A stretch of 64,000 bases of DNA from Naegleria gruberi (taxonomy: Eukaryota), in assembly GCA_000004985.1 (NCBI GenBank), contig GG738869.1; one strand, given 5' to 3'. Shown here in pieces: positions 23,612 through 34,827 of the stretch; the first letter of the stretch is position 1; each line of letters begins with the position of its first letter. The notes below the pieces were generated by a model that was not told where the DNA came from, made no database searches, and saw only the letters and a list, made by a program, of their open reading frames with translations. Position numbers and translations under genes: made by a program.

Positions 23612-25429
23612 TTAATATAAAGGTTCAAATTTACCCTTTTTCCATTTTCTATAACATCTTACCAATCTATCACTCACAATACCAACAATTAATCCAACAA
23701 GACTGAATAAAAGGAATGATACAAGACCTGTGGTAAACCAATTCTCATAAACAAATATGTAAAATCCCTCTGATGATGAATACGGCCGGGAAACATCTAT
23801 TTCTATTGAACTTGTGAGGAAAACATACTGTTGTAGTGGAACTTCACTATTAACAGTTACAACAGCAATTAAAGGATAGTAATCTCTATCAAATCCATAT
23901 TTGTCCTTGTGTGTATAGGTTGTATAACTTCCGAGTGAGATAAATCGCCAACGAAAATTAACAGTTGAATCCAAATCTAACTGATCTCTGTATGGGAAAT
24001 TGAGTCTAGGATCATTTGGTGAAAAGTCTTCATATGTTGGTGGTTTCTCCTCTGAAAAAGGTCCTCCAAATATTGAGAATGATGACATGTAATTATGAGG
24101 ATGGGTTGTGGCAATAAGAAACAAATCGAATGGTGACGTATCCAACAGAATATCACCAGCTCCAAAGTCTCTACATCTCATACCACTTTCTTGATAATAA
24201 ACCTTCTCCTCCAACATGTCTATTTTTTGTAAGATGCAAAACTCCTTTCTATAATATTTAACAATTACAAACAATTCAGTTGCATCACTTTTAGAGACCT
24301 TAATATTGGAATGCTCTGATTGTTCATGTGGTAAAAAGTTAATAGATTTCGTCTCGTTAAATTCTAGCAAATCTATTTGTTTCACTTCTGAAACGATAAA
24401 TTCTTCATTCCCTCTCAAGTAGTGCACACCAACATAGAGGAACCTAATCTTGGCTGTCCTAATGTTAGCAAGCTCGGTATAAATATTTACAATATACATA
24501 TTTGAAATTGATATTAAATCCAAAAAGCCATCATAACGAATATCAATAGGTTGGTTGTTAATTGTTGGATCTATCAATGATAACTTAATAATCTTGCTTT
24601 GGGGCATTTTAAAATCATTGGCACTCGTTAATATGTACACTAATCTAGATTCATAATCTACTTCAATACTATTTACAATCTTTTCTCCAATTGTTGGATC
24701 TATTTTCTCAATTTTTACACACGAGTCTTCCAATAAAAATCCATTACTATCAATAATTGATATATTTCCATAATTTGTTTGAATTAGGAATACCTTTTGA
24801 CAAAAGAGTCCAATCTTATTTTGAGTAGCCATATAGGTTAAATCAACAAATGACAATATCAATGTAGAAGTATACGAATCAACATTCATGGATGTACATT
24901 TCAAATTCGAAGGGAATGTAAACACTTTCTGATCTGAGAGAGAAAATTCATACTGTTCAGAACTATTTCCATTAATCTTTTGATCAAATATCCTCAATAA
25001 ATACAAATTCTGTCCAACAGCTCCCTCCTCTTCTCCAAACACCAATGAAAGTTTCACAAACACAAATACTCTATTCACATCAGAAGAATAAAAATCAGTA
25101 ACTGTAAATATCTCCTCCGAGATTGAACTACTCATATTGGCCGTGACAGTGTGAAAGTTTGGTATTGTATTATTATAAAAGAATGGATATAAATTCTTCA
25201 CGTAAATACTTTTTCCATCATCATCATCGTTGGAAGACAATAGGGAATTTAAATCCTTATTTACAATAGTCTTGGTTGATTGTCCTGAATACTTCACTGA
25301 TGGTTCTGTCATTTGATTAAAATTGAGAACATTTCTACTTTCCGAAGAAAAGGCTACTAATTCCAAAATCAACAAGAATCCAACAAGAATAATCAAATAA
25401 TTAATCTTCTTCATCTGTTCCGAATTCAA
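23612..25429 (-). CDS. Type I membrane glycoprotein of unknown function (605 aa). Signal peptide, large extracellular region with many N-glycosylation sequons, one TM helix (GLVSFLLFSLVGLIVGIV), short basic cytoplasmic tail.
   Basis: Hydrophobicity pattern read from the translation. No recognisable catalytic motifs. Confidence 0.55.
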   Translation of the reverse strand: MNSEQMKKINYLIILVGFLLILELVAFSSESRNVLNFNQMTEPSVKYSGQSTKTIVNKDLNSLLSSNDDDDGKSIYVKNLYPFFYNNTIPNFHTVTANMSSSISEEIFTVTDFYSSDVNRVFVFVKLSLVFGEEEGAVGQNLYLLRIFDQKINGNSSEQYEFSLSDQKVFTFPSNLKCTSMNVDSYTSTLILSFVDLTYMATQNKIGLFCQKVFLIQTNYGNISIIDSNGFLLEDSCVKIEKIDPTIGEKIVNSIEVDYESRLVYILTSANDFKMPQSKIIKLSLIDPTINNQPIDIRYDGFLDLISISNMYIVNIYTELANIRTAKIRFLYVGVHYLRGNEEFIVSEVKQIDLLEFNETKSINFLPHEQSEHSNIKVSKSDATELFVIVKYYRKEFCILQKIDMLEEKVYYQESGMRCRDFGAGDILLDTSPFDLFLIATTHPHNYMSSFSIFGGPFSEEKPPTYEDFSPNDPRLNFPYRDQLDLDSTVNFRWRFISLGSYTTYTHKDKYGFDRDYYPLIAVVTVNSEVPLQQYVFLTSSIEIDVSRPYSSSEGFYIFVYENWFTTGLVSFLLFSLVGLIVGIVSDRLVRCYRKWKKGKFEPLY

Positions 25430-25673
25430 ATTCTACAGAAAATTCCTCTCGGAGGGTGGGTTTTGGATTGTTGTGTTTTGTGGTATTCCACCTTCATCCA
25501 CTAATCGGAGAACTTGAATATTTTTTTAAGAAGATTTTCTGCAAGATTTTTAAATATTTAAATATGTTACAAATCCATAAATAACCAATCAACCAAATAA
25601 AGAAAATAAAGGATTTTTTTAATAATTTTAATTGATATATTTTGATTTATTTTGAAAATTAGTGTTGATTGCT

Positions 25674-28600
25674 TTACTCGTATTGCTTCTTATCTTCTAA
25701 CGGAGTGTAGGCATATTTTTGGCTGAGCAAAGCTTTAAGAATTTCATCAGATTGACTCAAAATGTCCTTTGGTAAGTACATGATTTCTTGTGTCACTCTA
25801 GTGGCAATGACACGTTCAGTTGAGGTTGGTTTGAATTGCTCGTTCAATTGTTTAATCTCAGATGTAGCAAGTGCCTTACGGGCAGCTCTAACAACTCTAG
25901 ATCTAAATCTACGCATGAGAACCTTTCTGATGAAGATCTTCTTGGCCTTCTTACCCCTGATGGCAGTTTCCTTATTCTTCTTGGCAATCTTCAAGATCTT
26001 CTTGATGGTTCTCTTGACCTTCTTGCCATTCTTCAAAACTTGTTTGAGAACAATCTTCCAAACAGCATTCTTAACTCTCTTATTGAGTTTGATAACTTGA
26101 ACCTTCCATGTGGCAGAAGTTCTAGTGTAACGAATGGTTTGGCCAGCAAGATCCTTATCAATATCAGAAACAGAGGTTGGGATCTTGGTATAGATAATCT
26201 TGGTGAAGACATTGTCCTTCAAATAAGAGGAGACCAATTCATTGATAAATGATGGTCTCAAACCACATCTCTTAGTACCAGCAACATAGGCACATACAGC
26301 TGGAGCATGAGTATTGTAACCAAGTTGTTTGATGAGCTTGACAATGGCCTTGATGTGATTATCGAGAGAAGTGAGACAGATGGTTTGTTCCTTAACTTGT
26401 TCTTCGAGGAGTTTCTTTCTCTTTCTAGCCATTTCGTCAGCCTTCTTAAACATGGAAGCAGAAATCTTCTTCTTGATAACCAATTGCTTCAAGATAATTC
26501 TGAGATTGACCAAAGCTCTTCTGTAAATGGTGATCTTCTTTCTCAAAACAACAATATAATTGTATCTCTTTTCAATGGCAATCTTGACTTCTTCCTTAGT
26601 TTGGAAGTTATTCTTGACCTTATCGAAGAATGCTGGATCATACCAAACAGTGTAAGGAATGTAAACTCTCTTTGGAACATGTTTAACAATTGGAATGGTA
26701 ATCTTCTTTGATTTACAACACTTGCATTGGACACAATTCTTACATTGGCAGTATTTACAACCATAATTATCAACAGCAACCTTTTCAAAGTATTGAGAAC
26801 CTCCACATCTGTCATTACAATCTGGAATTGGTGGACAGACAATAATTGGTTCTCCCTTGCATTTACATTGATCACAACCATTAGCATCCTTAACCATTTC
26901 AAACATGTCAGAACCGCAGATAGCAGAACAGTTTGGTAAAAGATCTGGACAAGTTGGTTTGATACATCTACATCTAGTACAGTTGTAGTTATCACGATAA
27001 GTGACATACTTCAAAGTACCACAGGTATCTCTACAATTGACATCATCAGCACAAACTGGAGGAGTATTACAGGTACACTTGGTACATCCTCTTTCATCAA
27101 CAGTTGTTTCCTTAATACCAGCACTTCCACAAACATCTCCACAATTGGTTGGTGGACACTTGAATTCAAGACATTTGCATTGTTTACAACCATTAGCATT
27201 GTAAGACACTTCAGCAACACCGAAAGTACATTGAGCAATACAATCTGGTTCTGGTTGTGGGCAAGTTGGTGGAGCAATACATCTGCACATATCACATCCA
27301 GAATCATCGGTAATCATTTCATAAGGAAGAGTTCCACATTGAGCTTCACAAATTGGGAGAGTATCTGGACAAGTTGGCTTATAACATTTGCATCTAGTAC
27401 AATTGTAATTGTCACGATAAGTAGCATACTTCAAAGTACCACAGGTATCTCTACAATTGACATCTTCAGTACAAACTGGAGGAGTATTACAGGTACACTT
27501 GGTACAGCCCTTTTCATCAACAGTAGTTTCCTTAATACCAATAGAACCACAAACATCAGCACAGCTAGTTGGTGGACATTTGAATTCAAGACATTTGCAT
27601 TGTTTACACTTGTTGCTGTCATAGGAAACTTCAGCAACACCAAAAGTACATTGAGCAATACAGTCTGGTTCTGGTTGTGGGCAAGCAGTGTCATTACATT
27701 TACATGATTGACATCCCTTAGAGTCAGTAGTGTAATAGTAACCATTTGGACAATTAAGAGAGGTACAATCTGGTGGGGTAGTTGGACAAACTGGTGGTTG
27801 ATTACAGACACATTGACGGCAACCAGTATCAGTATTGTACTTGTATTGATATCCATATGGACATTGAACAGCATCACAATCAACAGCAGGGCATTGAGTA
27901 CACTTACAAACTGGGCATCCATTGGAGTCAGAATCATAGGTGTGACTAAGCTTATTACCACAAACTTGTTGACAATCTGGAGGACTTGGTGGGCACTTGT
28001 TACACTTGCACAAGTTACATTCAGAGCTAGGATCGAAAGCATAAGAACCACCATAAACACAGCTGCTATTACACTTTTCAATATTAACAACTGGACATCT
28101 CAAACATTCACAGGTTGGACAACGAGCACCATCACTTGATGTTTGTGTAGTATTGACATAACCGTATGGACAGTTAGCTTGACAGTAAGAAATTGGAGCT
28201 TCAGGACAAGTATAACAGACACACTTTGGACAACCATATTGATCATTCTTCAAAGAACCACCGTATGGACAAGTGACAGTATTACATTTGGAAGCATCAT
28301 CAGGTGTACAAGCTGGTGGAGGATTACATGAACAAGCATCACAACCATTGGCATCCTTACCAATAATATAACCATATGGGCAGACAGATTCACATTTTGG
28401 AGTTGGTGGACAAGAACAATTACAAACTTGACAACCGTCACCACGTCCTGAATCAGAAAGAGTGAATCCATACAAACAGGAAGCAGCACAATTAAGGGTT
28501 GGACAAGTCTTACAAGAACATTGATTACATCCAGTTGTTTGATTCAAAACAATATCATATCCCAAAACTGAGTTACATTGATCACAACTTGTGGCATTAA

Positions 28601-29114
28601 CACAAGGTGGTGGAATAACAATTGGTGGTTTACATGTACAATTAGTAATGCAACCAGAAATTCCTCCAACAGTTCCATAAGTAATATCGTATTGTCTGCT
28701 ATCACAGGTACCAATCAATGGACAAGCTTCAGTTTCAGTTTTACATTTACAGATACATTGATCACATCCAACAGAGTCCTTTGAAATAGATTCTAATAAA
28801 AGCCCTTTGTTGGCACATTCTGCAGTACAATCCTTTGATCCTGTTGGACAATTATTTGGACAATCTGGACAAACACATTTTCCGTTAACGACTTGAACTT
28901 TTCCACAAAGACAAACCACTCCTGGACATTCTTCAAATCCTGGTTCTCCATCATTAGTAATGGCACCATCAAAATACATTGGATTTTCAGAACCAGTTGA
29001 TTGTTGGAGAGATGAATGTGTCATAAAGGACACAATCAACAAGACAACCAGCAATAAAGCTGATATCAAAATTGGTTGTTGCTTTCTCATATTATTACTC
29101 AATCGCACACCCAA
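25674..29114 (-). CDS. Giant secreted cysteine-rich protein built from about 30 tandem antistasin-like domains (C-x4-C-PYGY-x3-5-D-x2-GC-x2-C-x-C), with an N-terminal signal peptide. The same ORF continues into a 300+ aa lysine/arginine-rich C-terminal region (about 25674..26700) that may be a separate or mis-joined gene.
   Basis: Repeated motifs such as CESVCPYGYIIGKDANGCDACSC and CPNGYYYTTDSKGCQSCKC. Signal peptide MRKQQPILISALLLVVLLIVSF. There is no TM segment between the Cys-rich part and the basic tail. Overlapping + strand ORFs are antisense artefacts. Confidence 0.7.
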   Translation of the reverse strand: MGVRLSNNMRKQQPILISALLLVVLLIVSFMTHSSLQQSTGSENPMYFDGAITNDGEPGFEECPGVVCLCGKVQVVNGKCVCPDCPNNCPTGSKDCTAECANKGLLLESISKDSVGCDQCICKCKTETEACPLIGTCDSRQYDITYGTVGGISGCITNCTCKPPIVIPPPCVNATSCDQCNSVLGYDIVLNQTTGCNQCSCKTCPTLNCAASCLYGFTLSDSGRGDGCQVCNCSCPPTPKCESVCPYGYIIGKDANGCDACSCNPPPACTPDDASKCNTVTCPYGGSLKNDQYGCPKCVCYTCPEAPISYCQANCPYGYVNTTQTSSDGARCPTCECLRCPVVNIEKCNSSCVYGGSYAFDPSSECNLCKCNKCPPSPPDCQQVCGNKLSHTYDSDSNGCPVCKCTQCPAVDCDAVQCPYGYQYKYNTDTGCRQCVCNQPPVCPTTPPDCTSLNCPNGYYYTTDSKGCQSCKCNDTACPQPEPDCIAQCTFGVAEVSYDSNKCKQCKCLEFKCPPTSCADVCGSIGIKETTVDEKGCTKCTCNTPPVCTEDVNCRDTCGTLKYATYRDNYNCTRCKCYKPTCPDTLPICEAQCGTLPYEMITDDSGCDMCRCIAPPTCPQPEPDCIAQCTFGVAEVSYNANGCKQCKCLEFKCPPTNCGDVCGSAGIKETTVDERGCTKCTCNTPPVCADDVNCRDTCGTLKYVTYRDNYNCTRCRCIKPTCPDLLPNCSAICGSDMFEMVKDANGCDQCKCKGEPIIVCPPIPDCNDRCGGSQYFEKVAVDNYGCKYCQCKNCVQCKCCKSKKITIPIVKHVPKRVYIPYTVWYDPAFFDKVKNNFQTKEEVKIAIEKRYNYIVVLRKKITIYRRALVNLRIILKQLVIKKKISASMFKKADEMARKRKKLLEEQVKEQTICLTSLDNHIKAIVKLIKQLGYNTHAPAVCAYVAGTKRCGLRPSFINELVSSYLKDNVFTKIIYTKIPTSVSDIDKDLAGQTIRYTRTSATWKVQVIKLNKRVKNAVWKIVLKQVLKNGKKVKRTIKKILKIAKKNKETAIRGKKAKKIFIRKVLMRRFRSRVVRAARKALATSEIKQLNEQFKPTSTERVIATRVTQEIMYLPKDILSQSDEILKALLSQKYAYTPLEDKKQYE
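26990..27840 (-). repeat. Intragenic tandem duplication, about 420-bp unit x 2 and about 90 percent nt identity. Each unit encodes a four-antistasin-domain block (CPQPEPDCIAQCTFGVAEVSY...CKPTCPD).
   Basis: Near-identical nucleotide runs at about 27000..27420 and 27420..27840. Protein blocks differ at only a handful of positions. Confidence 0.7.
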
Positions 29115-29770
29115 TAAATATATATATAGAAAATAAATTAACCCTTCTCAAAAGTAATATTTTCAGTTCAGTTACAAACGCAACGATCGTTATTAAAGGT
29201 TCAAAACGTTGGCGCTTTTTTCGAAAGTCTATTGTTGTTGTTGTTGTTCAAACTTTGGCGCTCAACTCTACGTTCAAAACTCTCTCAAATATGATGAATG
29301 AAAAAAAACAACGTTGGGAAGTGCGTGGGTGTTTTTTGAATTTTTTTAAGATGGATTTTAGGCGTGACGGTTGAAATAGCGTATCAGTCAAGCATCAGCA
29401 GACATGACTTGGTGAAAGTTGCATTGCAATGTTTTTGGGTGCTGTTGTTCTGAGATACTGGGTGGGAATGTGAATTTTTGTAAGGTGGTTTGATTTTGCT
29501 TGTTGTATTATTGTTCGATGGACTGGTTGACTGGTTGACCAGTAAATTTCTGAAATAATTTTGAACAAATGGGAAAGAGATGATATTACTAGAGATGGTG
29601 TTGAATTAAGATTAGGAAATATCCAAATTCATTTAATTTCCAATTCTCTTTCTTCCTAATTACTTTTGTAAACTGTACAATTTAAATTCAATATTCACAT
29701 ACAACAATGAACCCATTACAACATAAAGTTAAGATATTTAACAAGAACTCAATACGAAATCAAAAAAAAA

Positions 29771-31456
29771 ATGTCCAGAATAACTGCGTTCCAACAGGAT
29801 CAACCTGCTGTCTTTTCAGAACCGAGAATTTCCCACAAAAAGACAACCTCTCTGCTCGTTGATAGAAATCCGGAATTTTTGAAGGGAAAAACAGTTTTTC
29901 AAGCCTTCGGAGAACATCAATATGATGTACAGGGAAATATTAATAATTGTAAACATTTGCAGGTGGGAGAGTATTTTCTAAAGGTATCTAGTGGTGCTCA
30001 TCACACGTTTCTATTGACAAATTATGGAAATGTATTGAGTTTCGGAAGGTAGGTTTTATTGTTAAATAGATAGATGATATATGTAATTTTTGTAATTTAT
30101 GTTGACTATGATGATCAAATTAGAAATGGTGATGGTCAGTTAGGTTAGTACTATAATTGATGATCAGTATTCAAATTTTCTGTTCTGATCATTATCACAT
30201 GTTAATTTATTAATAATTATTATTCATTATTTGATTATATTTAATTATGATGATTATTATAATTGAAAATTCAGGAAATGGATCAATTGAATCAACTTTT
30301 AGAAAGGATATTCTACCAGTTTTTCCAAAATATGCCAATGAAGGAGAATCTGTTGTTGATGTTCAATGTGGATCCAATCACACAGTTATTTTGACCAATT
30401 TTTCGAATTGTCTTGGTTGTGGTTGGAATGAGTTCTTCCAACAGGGTCAGAAACGTCATGGTGTTCAAGTATCCAAGTTTGGGTATTTGGATATTGGAAA
30501 GCCAGTAATTATGGTAAGATGTGCTAATAATATGACCATTGTGCTTACAAAGGAAATGGAAATTTATGGAAGTGGACGAGTTGCTGCAACAATTACCTAT
30601 GAAGATTTTACTCTTCTTCAAGATTTTTCAGAGCTCTTATCAGATGAGGAAGTTATTACTGATATACAATGTGGATCTCAACACATCATCGTTTCTTCAA
30701 GTTTCAACAGAATTTTTGCATTTGGATCCAATGGTTTTACACAAATGGGAAAAAATGTCAAGGATATGGATAAATTTACTGAAATTACAAAGAATTTACC
30801 ATTTCCAAGAGATGAATTCAAGAGTTTCGCTACTGGATTATTGTTTACCATCTTTTTAACAAAGGGAGGTGGTGTTTACGCTTGTGGTTACAATGGATAT
30901 GGTCAATTGGGTACAGGTACCAGGACTGATCCAGAGGATTTTGTAAGAGTGAAAAATTTTTACAAAATTAAGAGTCAATCTCAAAGTGTTTTATCCAAAT
31001 TTGAAAAGAGGAAGGAATCAGAATATACTTGCTATAAGGCCTCACTCAATTCAGAAATTGGAAATAATGTCTATTACATTGATGGAAATGAAATTATTAA
31101 GAGCATCCATGCAGGCTCCTCACACACAATTTTTGTATCAAATATTGGAAATGTCTACACATGTGGATTCAACAAGGTAAGTATTGCATATGAGGAATTG
31201 TAAATGACTAATTTTCACATTAAAGTTTGGTCAATTGAGTCTTCCAACAGACGGAGATGATTATGCTGCAACATACTCTGCAACTCAAGTCGTTCTCTCG
31301 AGCCACTTGATCGATGTTCAAGTATTTGCCAATCCAAGTGCTAACATCACAATCTTAGCTGATAGACAACCAATTAATTCCTATATGAGCAATAATTTAA
31401 AGAAACGAGCAAGAGAAGGCGACCTTTCAGATATCATTCTCAAACACAAGCTTTAA
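29771..31456 (+). CDS. RCC1-repeat (regulator of chromosome condensation-like beta-propeller) protein. Three exons: 29771..30048, 30303..31176, 31226..31456. Introns are about 254 and 49 nt.
   Basis: Repeated motifs: GAHHTFLLTNYGNVLSFGR, CGSNHTVIL, CGSQHIIVSS, YACGYNGYGQLGTG, AGSSHTIFVSNIGNVYTCGFNK, FGQLSLP. GTAGGT and GTAAGT donors with frame-consistent acceptors. Confidence 0.7.
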
Positions 31457-31521
31457 TATATATGCACTTTGAATAAAACTCTTTTCATAACTTTACAATT
31501 TCAAAAACGAACACAAAAAAA

Positions 31522-32808
31522 ATGGGAAAACGAAATGGCTTGAGAAAAGTCGTCTTTTTCAAGATGCATCTCCAGAATGGAACCAACACGATTTGTTCAT
31601 CATCATCGGAAGAAGATTTGGGGAAGATAGCGAGTGGTGTAGAATGGAAGGAATGTAAATGGTGGGAAAATAAGGAAGAGAATATCGAGCATTTGGCAAA
31701 TTATTGTTCCTCTTCCGATCAATTAAAAGTATTACAATTTAATATTTTGAATGATGATTTGGTGAATGAAACTCTTACTGAAAAAATTGCTACCCATAAG
31801 AGATTTGATTATATTGCTCATAAATTGTTGCCAAATTCAAATGCAGATGTGATTTGTTTGAATGAGGTGGGAAATGGATTTTTGAAGAAATTATTGGATG
31901 AATGTTCTGATGGTTGGATGAAAGATGGAAAGTATTTCTATATTTCTCATTTGGATCAAGAAAGATTCTTTGATATTCCATCTAATAAGGTCATTCCTGA
32001 AGAGCAACAAAAGGTATCAAAAAAGAATGCAAAGAAAGCTGTTGATGATGCTACTCAAATGACAGTGGAGAAGGCTTCATTTGTTAATTTGGTTATTTCA
32101 AGAATTCCATTCACTCAATCTCATAATTATTACTATCAGAATGATTTAGTTTACTCTAGGAGACCTGCTAATGTTATTACTCTCGCCAATCAAATGGTAA
32201 TGGTCAATTTGCACTTGAAAGCTTACAAAGAATGCCATCCTATCAGAAAGAAGCAATTGAAATGTATCTATTCACTATTTAGAATTCCAAGAGTTGATTT
32301 CAAAATGCATGAAGAAAATAAGGAAAGTTCTCAAAGCTCAACAATTTTGGAGGACGAAAGCAGATTTACCTATCATTTTGGTATTGAGGAGTTAAATCCA
32401 AAATCTTTGCTCTTTACTGAGAAGAAGGAATTTTCAGAAATTTATGAAAATGTAAAATATGTATTGATGTGTGGAGATTACAATCTTAATCATGATTTTG
32501 AGGAACACATGATTTCTGATTATGATCTAGAGGATGTATATGCCAAACTATATCCAGAAAAGATTGGATCAGTCGAATCTCTTACTTTCGACCATCAAAA
32601 CAATCCAATTGTGAACTTGTTTTCAGAAGACTCTCGAGGAAGATGCAGATATGACAGAATGATTGTTCACAGCCATAATATTGCCAACTCAAATCTAATT
32701 CTTGAGCCAACCACATGCCAAGTTGTGGAAAACAAAGCGTTTGAGGATAATATCTTTGCAAGTGATCATTTTGGATTAGTAACAGAGTTTTCCATTTCGA
32801 AACAATAA
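31522..32808 (+). CDS. Endonuclease/exonuclease/phosphatase (EEP) family protein, TDP2/CCR4-like phosphodiesterase fold (428 aa).
   Basis: EEP motifs in order: LKVLQFNIL, ICLNEV, CGDYNL, SDHFGLV. Confidence 0.65.
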   Translation: MGKRNGLRKVVFFKMHLQNGTNTICSSSSEEDLGKIASGVEWKECKWWENKEENIEHLANYCSSSDQLKVLQFNILNDDLVNETLTEKIATHKRFDYIAHKLLPNSNADVICLNEVGNGFLKKLLDECSDGWMKDGKYFYISHLDQERFFDIPSNKVIPEEQQKVSKKNAKKAVDDATQMTVEKASFVNLVISRIPFTQSHNYYYQNDLVYSRRPANVITLANQMVMVNLHLKAYKECHPIRKKQLKCIYSLFRIPRVDFKMHEENKESSQSSTILEDESRFTYHFGIEELNPKSLLFTEKKEFSEIYENVKYVLMCGDYNLNHDFEEHMISDYDLEDVYAKLYPEKIGSVESLTFDHQNNPIVNLFSEDSRGRCRYDRMIVHSHNIANSNLILEPTTCQVVENKAFEDNIFASDHFGLVTEFSISKQ

Positions 32809-32831
32809 ATCAGCAAGGTATTTATTTACAA

Positions 32832-34196
32832 TTATTGGGTTGGTTCTCCAAAGAAAGTATCAGAAAGTTTGGTACGTTGGGCTTTTTCTTTCATATTCCA
32901 AGTAAAGTCAGCAAATAAGGCATGTTGACCACCTCTCAAAATATTTCTAGAATCACCCTTGATTGTTTGATACATTTCATTTTCTTCAAAGCAATCAAAG
33001 TATCTATGGTCAATTTCACTCTCTAATTCTGGAACAAATGGAGGTTGAATATGTCTGATATTTTCCCAATTAATACCAGAAAAGAATGGATGGTTCTTAA
33101 TATCTTCTACACCATTAGTACCAATTCTATCTTCTGGATCACAGAGAAGTTTGAGAATGAGATCTTTTGCTTCATCTGACAAGACCACGTCGCTTGGGAA
33201 TTGAAGGTTTTCCTTCCACCTAATAATTCTGTGACATGTTTGAGCTGGAGGTTCATCATAAGAAAATGGTGGATAACCACACAACATTTCAAACATGATA
33301 ATACCAACAGACCACCAATCACATTCCAAACCATATCCCTTCTTTAACAAAACTTCTGGTGCAATATAACCAGTACTACCAACAGTAGAATATAACTTGA
33401 CACGACCTTTCTTTCTCCATTCATCTCTTTGTTTACCAGTTTCCACAATAGTAGAATTTAATTCACTGGCAGCTTCTTCTATTGATTTTCTTGCATCTTC
33501 AGATCCAGATTCCTCTTTATATGGTTTGGACAGGCCAAAATCACTCAATTTAATGTGACCCATTCCATCAAGTAAAATATTGTCCGGCTAATTTTTGAAT
33601 GAGAATCATTCCAAAATAATTCAACAACCTACCTTCAAGTCTCTATGTACATATCCTAAAGCATGAATTGATCCAACTGCCATCACTAATTCCGCAATAT
33701 AAAACCTTGTTTCTTCCTCAGTAAAATATTCCTTGTGAATTAACCAAGTCATCATATCACCACCTGGCAAAAATTCCATAACTAAATACAAGTATTCATC
33801 ATCTTGGAAAGAGCAATGCAATCCTACAATCCACTCGTTGAATTGACTGTTCTCGCCAGAATCGGCCATCAAATTTCTTTCAGTTCTTACGTGTTGGACC
33901 TGATTCTTTCTCATCATTTCAGTCTTTTTCAACATTTTCATAGCTGAAATTTTTCCTGTTTGTTTATCTTTAACAAGACGAACTTCACCAAAAGCACCTC
34001 TTCCGATAACAGCAATTTTATCAAAATCCTTTACAGATTTTGGTTTTGCCTTCTCGGACCAAGTTATTTTCTTTCTATTGGTGATCAATTTTTGTCCTTT
34101 ATACTTATCCTCAAGAAGTGACTTGGCAACAGCAACAGTATCTTGGGTTAATTGAGACAACTTTGGTTGTGTCGGATACGAAGTTGATGGATTCAT
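32832..34196 (-). CDS. NDR/LATS-family AGC serine/threonine kinase. Two exons: 33634..34196 and 32832..33587, with a 46-nt intron between HRDLK and PDNILLD.
   Basis: [16 protein letters not shown]|PDNILL, DFGL, the NDR-type basic insert before the activation segment ([22 protein letters not shown]), and a C-terminal hydrophobic motif FADFTW. GTAGGT..ATTAG intron. Confidence 0.8.
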
Positions 34197-34827
34197 ATTT
34201 TCTCTCTATACAAATAAATATATATTCAAAATACAATTTCTTCTCTACAAGTCAATGAAATGATACTACTACAACTATAATATCCAATAATACTAATAAT
34301 ATAGCAATATAAAAATCTTCCTATACAACAATTACTACAATAATGATTCTCAAAAATGATGATCGCTCGCTCGGGTACAGCACGGTGATGGTTTTGGTAA
34401 TAAAAACTTGATGATGAGGAATTTACTCGCTTCGTGCGATTACAGCTTGAGCAATTTTTTTTTTTAGAAATTTTTTGTGTTCATTGGCCATGAGAGGTGT
34501 TTTCCGTTGGTAGCGGACATTTGGAACGGCTTTCTAGGAGAGGTTCAGAGTTTGTCAGAATTTTGTAAAGTATTAAGAGTTTCTGAAATGGATTGAAGGA
34601 TGAACAGAGCAATCTGTTTGTGGTTGATATTAATCATGTCTTGTTGGAATTTCAATTCGGTTGACTGAGAAGATTGATGGTGTTATTAAAAAGGAAGTCA
34701 AGTGGTCAACTGGTTTACTATTAGAAAATTGAGTAGATCTTTAAAAAATGGTTTATTGTTTGAAAATTGTGTTTTATTTGATACAATGAACCACCATTTC
34801 TGAAATAGTTCAAAACTTCCTTGGATC

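Noticed and set aside
25674-26460. Basic C-terminal region of the Cys-rich ORF as a specific ribosomal protein (L7, L7A, L4, L19, S6 and others)
   Set aside because: I tried to align it from memory against several r-protein families and could not get a convincing match. Left as an unassigned basic domain.
25762-28331. Many + strand ORFs (25762..26100, 25836..26252, 26307..26711, 27180..27707, 27708..28139 and others) opposite the Cys-rich gene
   Set aside because: These are Leu/Ser/Thr-rich antisense translations of a repetitive Cys/Lys-rich coding sequence. They are in-phase antisense artefacts with no start context or motifs.
30247-30302. Alternative acceptor at 30273 (aattcag|g) for RCC1 intron 1, which would use the MMIIIIENSGNGS... 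segment as coding
   Set aside because: It puts exon 2 out of frame with exon 1. The acceptor at 30302 (cttttag|a) keeps the frame and restores an RCC1-like FGR|KD junction.
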